NCBI GenBank assembly: GCA_028023455.1
Contig: JAQFVV010000005.1
Span: 7,874,001-7,938,000, forward strand
Reading direction: 5' to 3'
DNA: 64,000 bases
From: Epiperipatus broadwayi
Lineage: Eukaryota; Animalia; Onychophora
This document shows, piece by piece, positions 1-12,900 of this stretch. The position numbers were made by a program, and so were the translations under genes. Within the stretch, counting starts at the first letter, position 1. Each line of letters begins with the position of its first letter. The notes under the pieces are model-generated. The model was not told the origin of the DNA. It did no database searches and worked only from the letters and a program-made list of their open reading frames with translations.

Positions 1-1349
1 CAAACTGTTCAAAACCAGCATTGTGCTCAACTCATCGATCTTTGGTTTCTTCGATCCAAACCAAACATCACAATATATATTATAAATATAATTGATATTT
101 ATTAATTTTTTTTTTTTAATTTAATTTAAACTAAATAAACCTGTCTGATTATTGTTCAGTTGTGCAAACAAATTTATTGCTTAATAATATTCGAGTAAGA
201 ACAGATAAACTGTCTATATCATAAAATTTATTTGAAATAACTATATCTCATAATACAGAAATCAAATTCCAGTATTAGTAGATGAGTATCGTTATATTTT
301 TTTTTTTGTATTGAATTCTAGTTATATCTGATTAGATATAATTATCAATTAGATAAGTACTATATTGAGTTCATGGTTGATCATTAAGATCTAAATCTTA
401 CTCAATTATAAAGTTGATAGTATATTTTGTTCTGTCATAAGTCAGAATGATTTGCTTTATTTATATTTAAATGTAATTGTTGTGGATCAATCCAATTAAC
501 ATAAATTTTAATATTCATACTCGATTATAATAAACGCTAATCATTCTTTTATGTTTTAATTGTTATAAGATACAATTTTAATAATTCAATTACAGCAAAT
601 TTAAAAGAAACATGATTAGTTATTGTACTTAAGTAAATATCTAATATAAGTCTACTGTTTTTTTTATATACTGGTATGATTGTAGGATACTATAGATTTA
701 AGATTATCTAATAGGTTCAATGATATGGTCCCTATCTTCATATTTTTCAGACGCTTATTTCTAAGGTTACAGCCTTAGTAAATTATTACTTAATATAATA
801 ATGGGCGTTTAATAAAATTTATAATTACAACTTTAATTAGTAAGAGTAAAGTCAACATAAGAATATAGCATGGCTGAGTTAGTATCATTTATTATTTATC
901 ATTTTATTGTCTTTTATCTCGTTATAAATAGTGTGGATAGTAATGGTAAATTAACATGAGTATAGTATGGCTAAGTCAGTGTTATTTATAATTTTATTAA
1001 ACTAGAATTTAAAATTAATTATTGGGTCATATATCTATTTGGATATTATGAACATTGTAAACTTATAGGTCATAATAAAGCTGTTATCTCATTCATGAAT
1101 TATTTTATTTAAATATGGACATCTTTAAATTTTATTATAAGTTTGTATTTTTATAAGCAATGTTTGATTAGATGGATATATTAGAATTTAGTTGCTTAAT
1201 GATTTATCATTATTTTTATTTGATTGTAAATGAAATATATGTTAAACATATATCATTTGTTTTGGCGCAATGATATTTGATTTAATTGCCTTATTTTAAT
1301 CTATTTTAAGTAAAGTTTGTATTTAAGGTATTTGAAGCAATGATTTTGT

Positions 1350-1990
1350 TCTGGTTATTGTAAATGCTGTCTGAACTCGTGATGCTATAATAGGGAAATC
1401 ATCATTGTTTTGTTTTATTATAATTAACAGTCGGATGTATAATTAAATAAATGGTTACATTAAATACTGAATAATTAGTTATTGATTGGCATTCATTTAG
1501 TTTAGTATATTATATTTGTTATGAACAATATTATTTTCAGACATTACAAAATTAGTATTATTTTTATTTGATTTACATTTTATTCAGTTATAAATGATGT
1601 CCAACTTCAGGGATCATTTTCATCTTGTTACATAGGGTGACCAATGACAGCTATATTTTATTCAGGTTATATTAGTTATTATTTCTTATTGCATATTTTC
1701 AATCTGTTATAAATGCCACCTAAATGATTGGAACTATAACAAACATTAGCATACATATACATTTATTTTATTACAAATGACACCGTAATTTGCAGGACAT
1801 AATTAAACAGGATCACTTTTCTATGGTTTTATCATATCTGATTTGTAACAAATGTGGTGTTTTAAAAGAATATACCCTCATTTTATCCTATTACAAATAG
1901 CACTCTAACTTTATGGATAGTAATAAGGGTTATTTCATTATCATTTTTTCATGACAGTAATAAAATGCTGCCTAAACCTGTAGGATAACT
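1350..1990. repeat. Degenerate periodic repeat, about 45-120 bp spacing
   Basis: Motif resembling TTACAAATGnCnCnTAAnnnnnGGA recurs near 1360, 1587, 1707, 1770, 1845, 1890 and 1957. On the minus strand some copies read CPANYGVICNK or YP*S*SAICN, with stops. Confidence 0.35.
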
Positions 1991-2244
1991 TTTTATTCCA
2001 TTACTATATATATACGTTGTCCTCACCTTCCAGTCAATATAATAAATAGAATATAAAACTAGCTCAAATAAATAATAATGCTCCGGCTAAAATACTTATA
2101 ATCTTAATATAATAAATAATAGATATCTTATAATAATTTCTACCATTCGACTAGCTTTAAACAATTAATAAATAAGATATGGTTCAATTCATGCAAATTA
2201 AATTAATAAAATACTAATAAATCATGAGACAATTTAGTGAAGAT

Positions 2245-2360
2245 AAAGCAGTAAAGGATTACATTGAGCCTATATCCCACAGAATATAATCTCAATGGCA
2301 TAAGAACACTATCCCCCTTTATTTCAAATAATAAATTCATAGTATTCTTAAGACTTGAAA
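2245..2360. repeat. Dispersed repeat, partner at about 53480-53600
   Basis: GATTACATTGAG...ATCCCA...CTCAATGGCATAAGAACACTATCCCCCTTTATT...TTTCAAATAA...CATAGTATTCTTA is present at both loci in the same orientation. Confidence 0.8.
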
Positions 2361-2659
2361 AATAGTAAGTAATTTAGTATAATATTACTAAACTAAACTC
2401 TAATCTCTTCTATTAAAAATATAATTATAATAATCTCAGTTTCTTGAAAACAAATCTAATTAATTTATAATCTCCTGTAGTCAAGTATGATAATAGATTT
2501 TGTATCATTCATAACTACACCTAAACAATAAATTATATTCCTACTCCTAATTAAGTAATTATTAATCCTATCTACTATTTAATACTATGACAACTAATAA
2601 TAATGATAATAACAATAATATAATTTTATTTCTCATGTGGCATCTGTGGCAATAAACTA

Positions 2660-3298
2660 TTAAAGTCAGGCAAAACTTTCCATACAGTAGTGCCACTCAG
2701 TATCAAACCAGAGTAATCAATGGATCCCAGAAGGCTTGTACATAAAATCCCTATCTAGTGCCTACTCATCCAATATCCCCAGACTAGTTTCTGGCTTGTG
2801 GCCTTCGTCAGTGCGGAGCTTTGGATCTGAGAGCACTGCACCTATATCTTAGGATGTAATGCAACCCTTTAGCAGCCACCTTTTATCTCTACTTAACTAC
2901 AAAACTATGAGAATAAAATTGAAAATCCAATATTTTCAATCTAAGCTCAATAGCTTATGTAGTATATGGGTCTGAACCCAGTTCAGTACCCATACATTTT
3001 GGTGTCTTTGGCTCTTTAACACCCATAACCACCACTATCCTATTAGGCAGGATTGGTGTTAAACCACTAAACATCACATGATCACTATTTTTATGCTAGC
3101 ACATTACTGATGAAGGCCACAAGCCAGAAACTATTCTGGGGATTTTGGATGAGTAGGCACTAGATAGGGATTTTATGCACAAGCCTTCTGGCATCCATTG
3201 ATTACTCTGAGTGGCACTATGGAGAGTCTTGCCTGTTTTAATAACAGTAATGTGCTACATAAGAAATTGTGATTATGTGATGTTTAGTAGTTTAACAA
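2660..3298. mobile_element. Hammerhead-bearing non-autonomous repeat (Penelope pLTR-like), inverted pair, locus 1
   Basis: Left arm 2662-2812 is the near reverse complement of right arm 3106-3248. The right arm is further bracketed by an inverted repeat (3056-3109 / 3245-3298). Same family at 31180-31450, 34660-34750 and 49196-49660. Confidence 0.75.
2775..2818 (-). ncRNA. Minimal type I hammerhead ribozyme motif, core intact
   Basis: Minus strand: CTCCGCA-CTGACGA-A[GGC CACAA GCC]A-GAAA-C TA G-TC-TGGGGAT, i.e. stem I, CUGANGA, stem II, GAAA, minimal stem III and a GUC site. One G-G mismatch in stem I and an A-A opposition at the base of stem II. Confidence 0.65.
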
Positions 3299-4299
3299 TA
3301 TTAAATTCTATGCAATAAATTGTTGATCAATTATGACTAGAATATTGCAAAAGAAAAATTATTCAAATATCATATTTTGGATAATTATTATTTCTTAAAA
3401 AATGAATAATTTATTTATACTGTGTAAATGTATCATTTATTTTGGATTCTGTTAATCATGTATTTCTGATAGTGAATAAATCAATCAAAATAACAGATTT
3501 ATAAAACCAATTTATTACAGTTTTCATTAAAAAAAACTATTTACAATATTTACAAGTTTCACTAAATAAAATGTAACAAAATATAAATTTAGCTAAAGTA
3601 AGATTGAGTTACACATTTCAGCTAAATAAAAATTAAAAAGTAAATAAGCCTTCACTCTGGCTTATGCATTATTTATCATACAAAGTATAAAATAAAATGT
3701 TAATTTAGACCTACACTTTATAGTCTAATGAAATCGTTTGATAATTAAATAAATAGACAATATAGCTTTAATAAATGTACACAAAATATAAAATACTTAA
3801 GATAATGTTCATTTTAAAAATATGTTTTAAGGTTCATCTAATAAATAAAAATTGAATTTAACAAAAATAGTGTTGATATTATACTAGATACTATTTTTTG
3901 GCACCACTCTCAAAAATCCTTGTATGTGTTTCATGTTTTTTTTTAAAATATAAAAAAAATAATGTTCATAAAATACAATCATTCATCACACTTTGTGTTA
4001 TTCATTTTGATGTTTTATTTTCTTAAAATATGCATTGATTTGTGAAAAAATCAAAAATATAAAAATTATTTTAAAAATATCATGAATAATTGTAATTTCT
4101 TTTATCATCAAAAATAGTTTAATAAAATATGAAAAGATAACTATGATTCTTTATTGCTTTACTATCAGTATTTTCATTCAATTTCATTTGTATTTCATCT
4201 TAATCCAAACAAGAAAAAACTCTCTTACTTTCCTTTGAATAACAATACATCAATCCCAAATTATTTGATATTTGTCTTTCATAATATATTATGCTATAC

Positions 4300-4445
4300 A
4301 ATGTAATAACTATTGAAATTAAGTGATACGATGCATAGGACATGAAGGAATGACTAGAGTAAAGACTCAATAGTATAAAATATATTTAATAATCCACATG
4401 GAAACAGTGTGAAAGAATAGATATGACTTTTGTCCAATATCTTCA
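4300..4445. repeat. Dispersed repeat, partner at about 55100-55215
   Basis: GATGCATAGGA...AAGGAA...CTAGAGTA...CATGG(A/C)ACAGTG(T/C)GAA...TATGAC...AATATCTT is shared by both loci. Confidence 0.6.
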
Positions 4446-5399
4446 AAAATAATAGCTGAGCTTTCAGTACAGTAACAAGTACCTTCCTCAGAGTTTCTTT
4501 CTCAAATCACATGCATAGATAGTTCAACTACTGATATAGAAAACATTGTAAATTATATACTTTTATCAAAAATATTTATATAATTAAGAAAATATAAATA
4601 TGACCATTTCATAATGATGTCTACATATAAACCACATACAAAATTTAAGCATAGTATTTCTAAGTATAGAGGATTTTAGTTGAGTCATAAAAATTTTGGC
4701 ATAATTTTGTATTATTTTTGTAACCTATTACAGTATTTTGTTTTTATAAATAATATGTGGAATTGAAAATAAAATTATTTTTTGTGATTAAATATAATAA
4801 ATCAACAAACATTTGTGATATGATGATCATATTTTCTAGCTTGTAAAGTAGATTTAATAACTTCAATGCCATCATTATGAAGTATGTTAAGTACAGTGGT
4901 TTAAAGTCTAGTCACTAAGAAAACATTCATTAGATAGTTGATGTTTGATATTTGCTAAAATGGAAAGAAAATGTATCATTTTCATAAAAACTGAATAATC
5001 GTGGAATATTATGTATAAGAATATTAACAAATGCTAAGTGTTTCTGTAATGCAGCTAATGCTTTCTACAGTAGGCATACCAGAGCAGCCTTGTTTATAGA
5101 CTTTAGTTAGAATGTAAACTACACTGGGATGAATTTTGGGTGGTAATAAAAAACTATATTACTATCAAGGAGTCCTCTTTATATTTTTATAATAGAAAAT
5201 ATATTTTGAATAATTATATAGAAATTTTTGCCATTTAAAATTAGCAGTTTTATTTATGTATTCATCATAATTACCATCATTAATTTTTTATCCATTAGTT
5301 TTATAATGTTTTTTTTTTTCAATTTACATAAAGCATATTTTTTATTTACTGTTAATTTACTTTTATGTTTATTAAATTATTCAAATCTAATTGCTCTAA

Positions 5400-5640
5400 T
5401 AAATTCCTATGAAGATTATCAATATTAACAAATGTTTCTTTGTTGCCCAATCAGATCATATTTTATTTTTGTGTTCTATTTTCCAAAAAATTCTTTTTGC
5501 TCTCATATCACCATTTCTGCATTATAACAATGATTTACCTACACATCATTTATTATTTGTACTCTCTGGTAATTCCCAGAACCTCACAAAAATATGCAGT
5601 TGACAGATTCAATAGGATTCAATCCTGGTATTTTGAAATC
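5400..5640 (-). mobile_element. Decayed fragment, possibly piggyBac-like transposase; homologous to 9690-9950
   Basis: Clear nucleotide similarity between the two loci (...TCTGCATT...TTACCTACACATC.TTTATTATTTGT...CTCTGG; CCCAATCAG.TCATATTTT). The minus-strand reading YNAEM/GGVMRS weakly recalls the PGBD YNxxMGGVD motif, but only with frameshifts. Confidence 0.3.
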
Positions 5641-5879
5641 ACAAAACAGATATACAGTGAGAAATGGATGAGCAGATACTAGAAGTTCATAGGTCTATGT
5701 AGAGTTAAAAAAAAGATAATCAAAAAATTTGATGTGAGTCAACTAGCCATATGACTATTATATGTCCTGTAGCTAGAAATTTTTTTATACTCAATGAGAC
5801 ACTTATATATATGTCAGATATAAAATAAGTCACTAATAGAGTTTGAGAGCCTGCTAAAATAAGTGAAATAACAATACAA

Positions 5880-8800
5880 ATGAGTTAGTTAAGAAATTCA
5901 TTAAATGACTTTTTAGTCCTATCCCTGACCATCACATGGCAGGTTTACAACTAACATATTGACACCTGATGAAGGTTGAAACGTTTAAAAAATTCCACAT
6001 AGTGAGAGTAAGAACAAATGGACTAAATACTAAGGGGAGTTGCAGATGGATGACTCAGACTACAGCTTCTGACTAAGCCCACATTAATTTATGAACTATT
6101 AAAATGGCAAAGCATATTAAGCAGTGCTAGAACAATCAGAGGCTTTCAAAACTCTGAAGAAAAAAGCAAGTGCTTAAGTCAGTTGAAAAAGATTGAAGAA
6201 ATAAACTGACATGTTTCAGTTGAAGAAAAGTTGACCACTCAGCTAGGATCTGCAAATGGAAAGACAAGAAGTATTTATTTGTGATAAAAAAAGCATTAGG
6301 TCAAAATGGGCAGAGAAAGTAATAGGAAGAGAAAAAAACTGGGGGGAAAAAATCTTAAAGCAGATAAGGTGATCAAGATGATAAGCATCCAGTTAAGAAT
6401 GTGAAAGTAAATGGTACAAAGTAGTATATGCTAAAAGTTAGGATTTGTTTTGAGATTATTAATATGGAAATTGATAGTGGAACAAGAATATCCATAACGG
6501 CTGTGAATATTGGCAAAATTTAATAATAAATAGTAGAGACATCCAAAATAGAAAGAAAAAAAATGATATGACAGTATGTTAATAACTTGATTAAAAATTA
6601 TGAGAAAAGTTTTATAAGTATTATGCCTATTACTGTATATAGTTAGAGGTAACATGGATCCAATCATGGGAAGGCAATGATTCAGGAAAACGGGCATCAG
6701 ATTAAATATAGTAAATAAAATTACCTTGCAACAGGAGATCCAGACAAAATGGCCAGATTTGTTCAGTGAAAATCTTGTGTCAATAAAAAAATATCAGACA
6801 GAAAGTCAGTTGCAGAATGATACATATACTATTATATGCAAACTATGAAAAGTTAGTACAGATATCAAAATGAGCCACCCCTACAGTGGTAGTAACCAAG
6901 TGGCCAAATTAGAATTTGTGATTACCAAGTGATGGTCAATAAGTTCTTACATAAAGGATCATACCCTGTCTCAAAAATGTCAAAGAAGTATTAGCTATAC
7001 TACAATCATGGTTTACAAATTAGATCTATGCAGCCTTCCACCAGATTCCAGTGGTAGGTCTGCAGAAATTTTGATGCTAACCATACTGGTCAAAATATTT
7101 AAATGTAATCAGCTTCCTTCAGCATTACAATAGCTCTGAATATATTTCAATCTTTACAGAGTTTAAGAGGGTGATCCCATACTTTGATGACATTTATGCA
7201 GAATCAAAATACAAGCTATGAATAGAGCTGTTTAAACTAAATAATATGGAGGTTAAGCTTAATGCAGGAAAGAGTGTTTGTGTGGCAAAAGAGATTAAAT
7301 TTCTCTGACATATCTCAGAAAAAGTAAAATGTCCAATGACAGATAAAGTAAATGCCATCAAAGATGAAAAGCAACTGAAGAATGTAAAAGATCTACAAAG
7401 TTTTCCAGGATTAGTAAATTTTTTTGAGGATTTTGTACAAAATAAAGATGCCAATGATGGGATGGTTAAAAAAGCATGAAGTAAAATTCAATCAGATATA
7501 AGAATTGCTGACTTCAAACAATTTTCTGGTTCATTATAACAGCAATGTGGAGATGCCATTGACTATGGATACTTCAGAAAAGAGGTTGGAAGCAATAATC
7601 AGAACATTATCAAATGTAGAAAAAATTACAGGAGATTGAGAAAGAGGCACTAGTGATAATTTTCAGGATTAAAAAGTTCCATCAATACTTGTATGACCAA
7701 TTATTTCAAATCATAACCAACCACAGGCCACTTGTAGGAATTCTAGCAATGATAACCCCATCTCTAATCACCTCGGCCTTTGAATGATGTGTTGGGGAAA
7801 TATCTTTAATGCCTATGATTATATGCTGATGTATAAACATGGAGGAGATCCCTCATGCTGACACTTTGTCATGTTTTTGGAGAAGAGAGAGCCCATCAAC
7901 AAATTAATAGATATAACCACTTAGACATGTTGGGCAATGAGATTATCACCAGTAAAACAATGGCAAATTATACCAAGGATGACCCTGGATATTACTAATC
8001 AATTGAATTATCAGAGAATGGCCAAGCAGAAGACTGCAAGAGTAAGTCACAGCCTTCTGGAACAATAGAGAGCAATTGTTCATGTCAAATAATAGTGTGT
8101 TGATGGATGACCAAGTAGTCATAGAAAATTGGATAGGAGAACAGTATTAAAAGGGATCATCCTGCAATTGTGTGTGTGAAAGCACTAACTAAGAGTTATA
8201 TCTGCAGGCCAGAAATCATGAAGGACATTGAGAATCATATCAAGAGATGTATGAAGTGTTATCAGATACAAAAGTTGTCACAGTATAGACCATTGCATGG
8301 CCAGAAATAGAGACCATGACAAAGAGTACATATTGACCATGTTGGACCAGTGAATAGAAATTTGATACTGATATTAATAGATCCATATTCAAAATGGATT
8401 GAATGCAGAATTATGAGAAATACTTTAGCAAGTGAAATGAGAGCAAAATTAAAATTTATGCCTAGATGTAATATTCTGAAGTATTGATAACTGATAATGG
8501 TATAGGATTCACTGCAAAGTTAATGCAAGATTATTTCAATACAACTGGACTTAAACACAATAGTATCACTGAAGATGCCATCAAGCAAATTAAGAGTGTT
8601 AAAAAAATTCAAGACAAGTGAATTTGGAAGAAATAATATAACAAACATTATACAACCAGCACACTATACTGTCATTGATTACAGGAAAGTCCCCAGCCTA
8701 TTTAATGATTGGAAAAATGTTAAGAATAGAACTTTCAGCTTGGTTTCGGAAAATCAGCAAAGAAATCCAAATTGGTGAAAAAATATGGTTTTATAATAAA

Positions 8801-9090
8801 CTAATAAACAAATTGATGGCCAGATTACTAAAAGAACTATCAAGAGGAATAGTAACAGTGCAAAATGATAATGGTCTAGAATACTACTGGCATTGAAATC
8901 ATATTTTCCAGAAAATGACAAAAGAGGACAAGAAGAAAAAGCAGATCACAAACAATTGTGATGAGGCTAAAAAAAGTAATGAGAGCACAGAGATAACTCA
9001 AGCAGAAAACTCAGATGAACATAATTGTTCCAGAAAAAGTAGTAACAAAGAGACGGGGAGAATAATGCCAAAGAAAAAGAGATATATATT
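5880..9090 (+). mobile_element. Decayed Ty3/Gypsy LTR retrotransposon internal region (gag-PR-RT-RH-IN)
   Basis: Protease MEIDSGTRISI at 6464; RT end NAGKSVCVAKEIKFL*HIS near 7260; RNase H EKEALVIIFRIKKFHQYLYDQLFQIITNHRPL near 7640; integrase HPAIVCVKAL...CMKC, RVHIDHVGP, ITDNG and TGKSPA. Many stops and frameshifts; no matching LTR pair found. Confidence 0.9.
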
Positions 9091-9689
9091 AGCTGTTGTA
9101 TAATAATGTATGTGTAATTAAGAGCATAATTAAATATGGATATATCAAAGTAGTGACATACTAATACAAACATACAGAGTAAGTTAATGATTGTGTGTTA
9201 ATAAAAGTATGTATCAAAATGGATACATATATAAGCTAACTCCTCTAGTAGCACGTACATATATAAATAAATCAACAAATCCAAATTGCATCAACTGAGG
9301 ATTACATCACTATAACCTAGAAATTGTATCAGCCAGAGTGGAAGGTTGTATCACCCAAGGTTGCATTAATACTCCAGAATAAAAGTGGGAGTGGGTAGAT
9401 TTTATTCTTTCCTGAGGACCTGACAAAAGATGTTTTGTTTTACCAGATAAAGTAGCAGAAGAATTCAAAGGGACTGCATTCACCCAGGCCAGCCTTTGAA
9501 GATTTCAAGTGCTGCTAGGGTTTGATTATATTTCATATGGACTTTTATTATTACTTTGGAGTGCCACTATGGCTTTTAATTATGGTAAGTAATAGTAACC
9601 TATTTATGTATGGCATGTATTAAAAAACCTATTGTGAATTAAATCTATATTCTGTGTTATAAATTCACTATTATCATTGTTATAATAAA

Positions 9690-9950
9690 TATTGCTTCTC
9701 ATAACACCACCTCTGCATTGTAGTAATTAATTACCTACACATCTTTTATTATTTGTGATCCCACTCTGGCATTATATAGGACATCACAATATTATCAAAT
9801 GTTTTTTTGTTATAGTGTTTCCCAATCAGGTCATATTTTTTAATGATATTATATGTTTTGTTGCCAAAAAACCTCTTCATCTGAGTCATAATAGCAGCAA
9901 ACTCTCCATACAATAATGTCACAGTGCAATCAATGGATGCAATATATTGT
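9690..9950 (-). mobile_element. Second copy of the 5400-5640 fragment family
   Basis: Shared blocks reading KYDLIG and YYNAEVV on the minus strand. Confidence 0.3.
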
Positions 9951-12900
9951 AAATAAATCAAGCATTGATACTTGAAAAGGATAAACTTTATATTAGCGGT
10001 GAACTTAGTTTGTAAATCAGTCAGGCCAGTTTATGGTTTCAAATATTAAATTAAGTACTAATAATTTTAATCGCATATACAGTTGAAAGTAAGACGAAAG
10101 TGGATATCTCCTTTTATCGGACAAAATGGTTTGGCATTGATATACAAAGATATTTGTCCTAGTACTATATTCAGAAGTGATTGGTCTATAAACTATTTGT
10201 ATTCATAAACATTACATATTTGATCAACAAAAATCATTTATTTTGCAACTAAAATTACTGTATTAGTAGTTAATTTAAATTAATATTTAAAGTAGCAAAC
10301 TGACTTGCTTGATTTATAAGCTAAGACCACCACTAATATAAAAATTCGATTTTTGGGATATCAATGCTTGATTTATTTACAATATATATGATTGAAGATA
10401 AGATGAAAGAGATATTTTATAAGACAAAACTAATTAGCATTGATGTACAAAAGAGTAAATGTATTTGCAAGTTCATTTTAAAATGTTTCTTTAGAATCTG
10501 TGTGAAATTTGTTCTAGTAATGTATTAGGATGTTATTGCTCTGTAAAATATTTAAATTTAGTATATACAGCATTTGTCAAAAAATTATAACATCTTACCA
10601 GAATAAAGTTTGAGTCTCATGCAATCTCAGACTACCAAACATAAGTTAATACTGCAACACAACAAATCAGTAAAAGCTCAAAAGGAAATCATATAAAAAA
10701 TAAAATTCAATAAGTATTTAATGAATTCATGTTACAATGATGACTATAATTTGTTTATAATAATTAAATAAATACAACTTAAAATTGTTTCTAAAAAAAA
10801 ATAAGAAGTTTCACATATAAACTACAACTAATAGGAAAAAAAACTGAATCTGAATCCTCTTTCCCAAAATCAAATAGTAAAGAAGGTTAACTATTATATT
10901 AATAATATTAAACAAGAAATCTTAATATTCTTCATACTTTTCTAATTAAGAATCTGTCAAATCACATATTTAGTGGCTTTCTTATTAGTGAGAGAAAATG
11001 ACGGCATGCATACATGGGTGGATGTACAAACCCATGTTTTCTTGTATGTAATAATATGAAATATTTTAATTAAGTTTATTGCAGGATGCTGAATATTATT
11101 TAATCATATAAGTAAATTTATCTATGAAAATATGCTGGATTGCACACAATTATCTTCCCACCAAAACCTAAAAAAGATAATATCCAAATATGAAAAACTT
11201 ATTCTAAGTAATTGAAAAATTTCAATAAAATTTAATATCAATAGAATTCAGATAATATTCTTTTTCAAGATACAGCAAAAACTTATGAATTAAATTCAAA
11301 CAAAGATGAGTAGTGGCATAACAAGTTCTGACTCATTATGTAATAAAAGTAACCACAACAGTATATTATAGATGAACATAAATTTCTATGAACACTAAAG
11401 CAAGCTTCTATACTTCAAATATGGAAACATTCAACTAGAAGTCCCATGGTTATAAGAAGTAAATCATTTATATTTTCTATTAAAATAAACAAAGATAAAA
11501 CATTATGATAAATATCAGCAAAATGCAAATAAGGTTTAGCAATCCACATGCATTCTTACTTGAAAAGATTCAAATTTGCACATCCTAAATTTGACAAATA
11601 TTTTTCATTAATGAAAGTAATAAGACTAATAAAGCATTCTTTTAACCAGGAAATCTGAATATATTGGCCAATGAGATTTTTGCATATATAGAACAAATAC
11701 TATATTTTAATTTGTTTATCTTTTAAGTAAAAAAATGAAATAACTATTTAGTTTAAATTTTATGTGCAAAATTTGAACTAAATAGTTAGATAACTTTTTT
11801 ACATAAAAAAAAAATTATAATATTTAATCTTAATTAAATAGTAATAATCAAAAATATATGGTTGTCTATTATTTTTAACATTCATAACTAGTGAACATAG
11901 TACTCAAAAATAATTACAACAATAATAAAATGCACATGACAGAAAACATTGAATACCAAAGTTTTAGTGGATTTTTTTCAAATTTGCCTTAGGTTATTAG
12001 CATCTTATTAGAATAATAATGATAACATAAAAATACACCAAATATCAACAAAAAGTGTTTTTTTTTCTTTCCCATTGATACTATAGATCATATTAATTAA
12101 AAAATATATAAGTTAAAGTACATTAAATAATACATGAATTTTCTATAAAAATTTTATGAATTTTAATTAACTGAAGAAATGCACTTTGATATCATTTCAA
12201 AGAAAGTATTTATTAATAGCTCATGTACAGGATTAAATGGAAAATTTGCACAGGTTGAGTATTTTTATATTTAAGACAGCAATTTACACATTATTGGAAG
12301 CTATTTAATCTATTCCTCTAATAATGTACTTGTTTAACAGAAACAGTGAAAAATAATTAAATAAATGATTGAAATTTTAGCATTGATAACTGAGTGAATA
12401 GGTTATGTGGTGTTATTTTTTAAACAAAATATAAAATGACAAAAGTGAACTGATCAGGTAAATCATAAATATATAAGATTTATTATCAATTGATTTATCA
12501 CAAAATAAAAACGTACATAGTTTGCAATCACTGTTTTAAAATTAATTCAAGTATTTATTAAAATCTATGAAATTTTAGTTAAAGCATATATAATGGAATG
12601 AAATATTTATTTATAAAATTTATATAAAAAAACTGCATACATCATAACTATTAAGCAATTATAAAATGAAGCTTACAGAGAAAAGTGCACACAGAATGTT
12701 TGATAGTTTATGGCTGAATAATTTATATTCAATATATTGTACATAATTTTTCAATTCCACATAAAGCAATTATAGTAATATATTACAAAGGACTTGCAAA
12801 AACACGACAACTTTTAATGTTTTTCAGCGCTATTAAGCTTTTTAATAAAATGGATATTTAACAATTAAATATTAACTTTTAATATTGAGATATCTATAAA

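Noticed and set aside
1604-1625. ACTTCAGGGATCATTT resembling the U3 snoRNA 5' end
   Set aside because: No downstream boxes B, C or D in proper arrangement; part of the local degenerate repeat.
5966-5985. Hammerhead-like CTGATGAAGGTTGAAACGTT
   Set aside because: Only 5 nt between CUGAUGA and GAAA, no stem I, and it lies in Gypsy gag-like coding sequence (PDEG*); probably chance.
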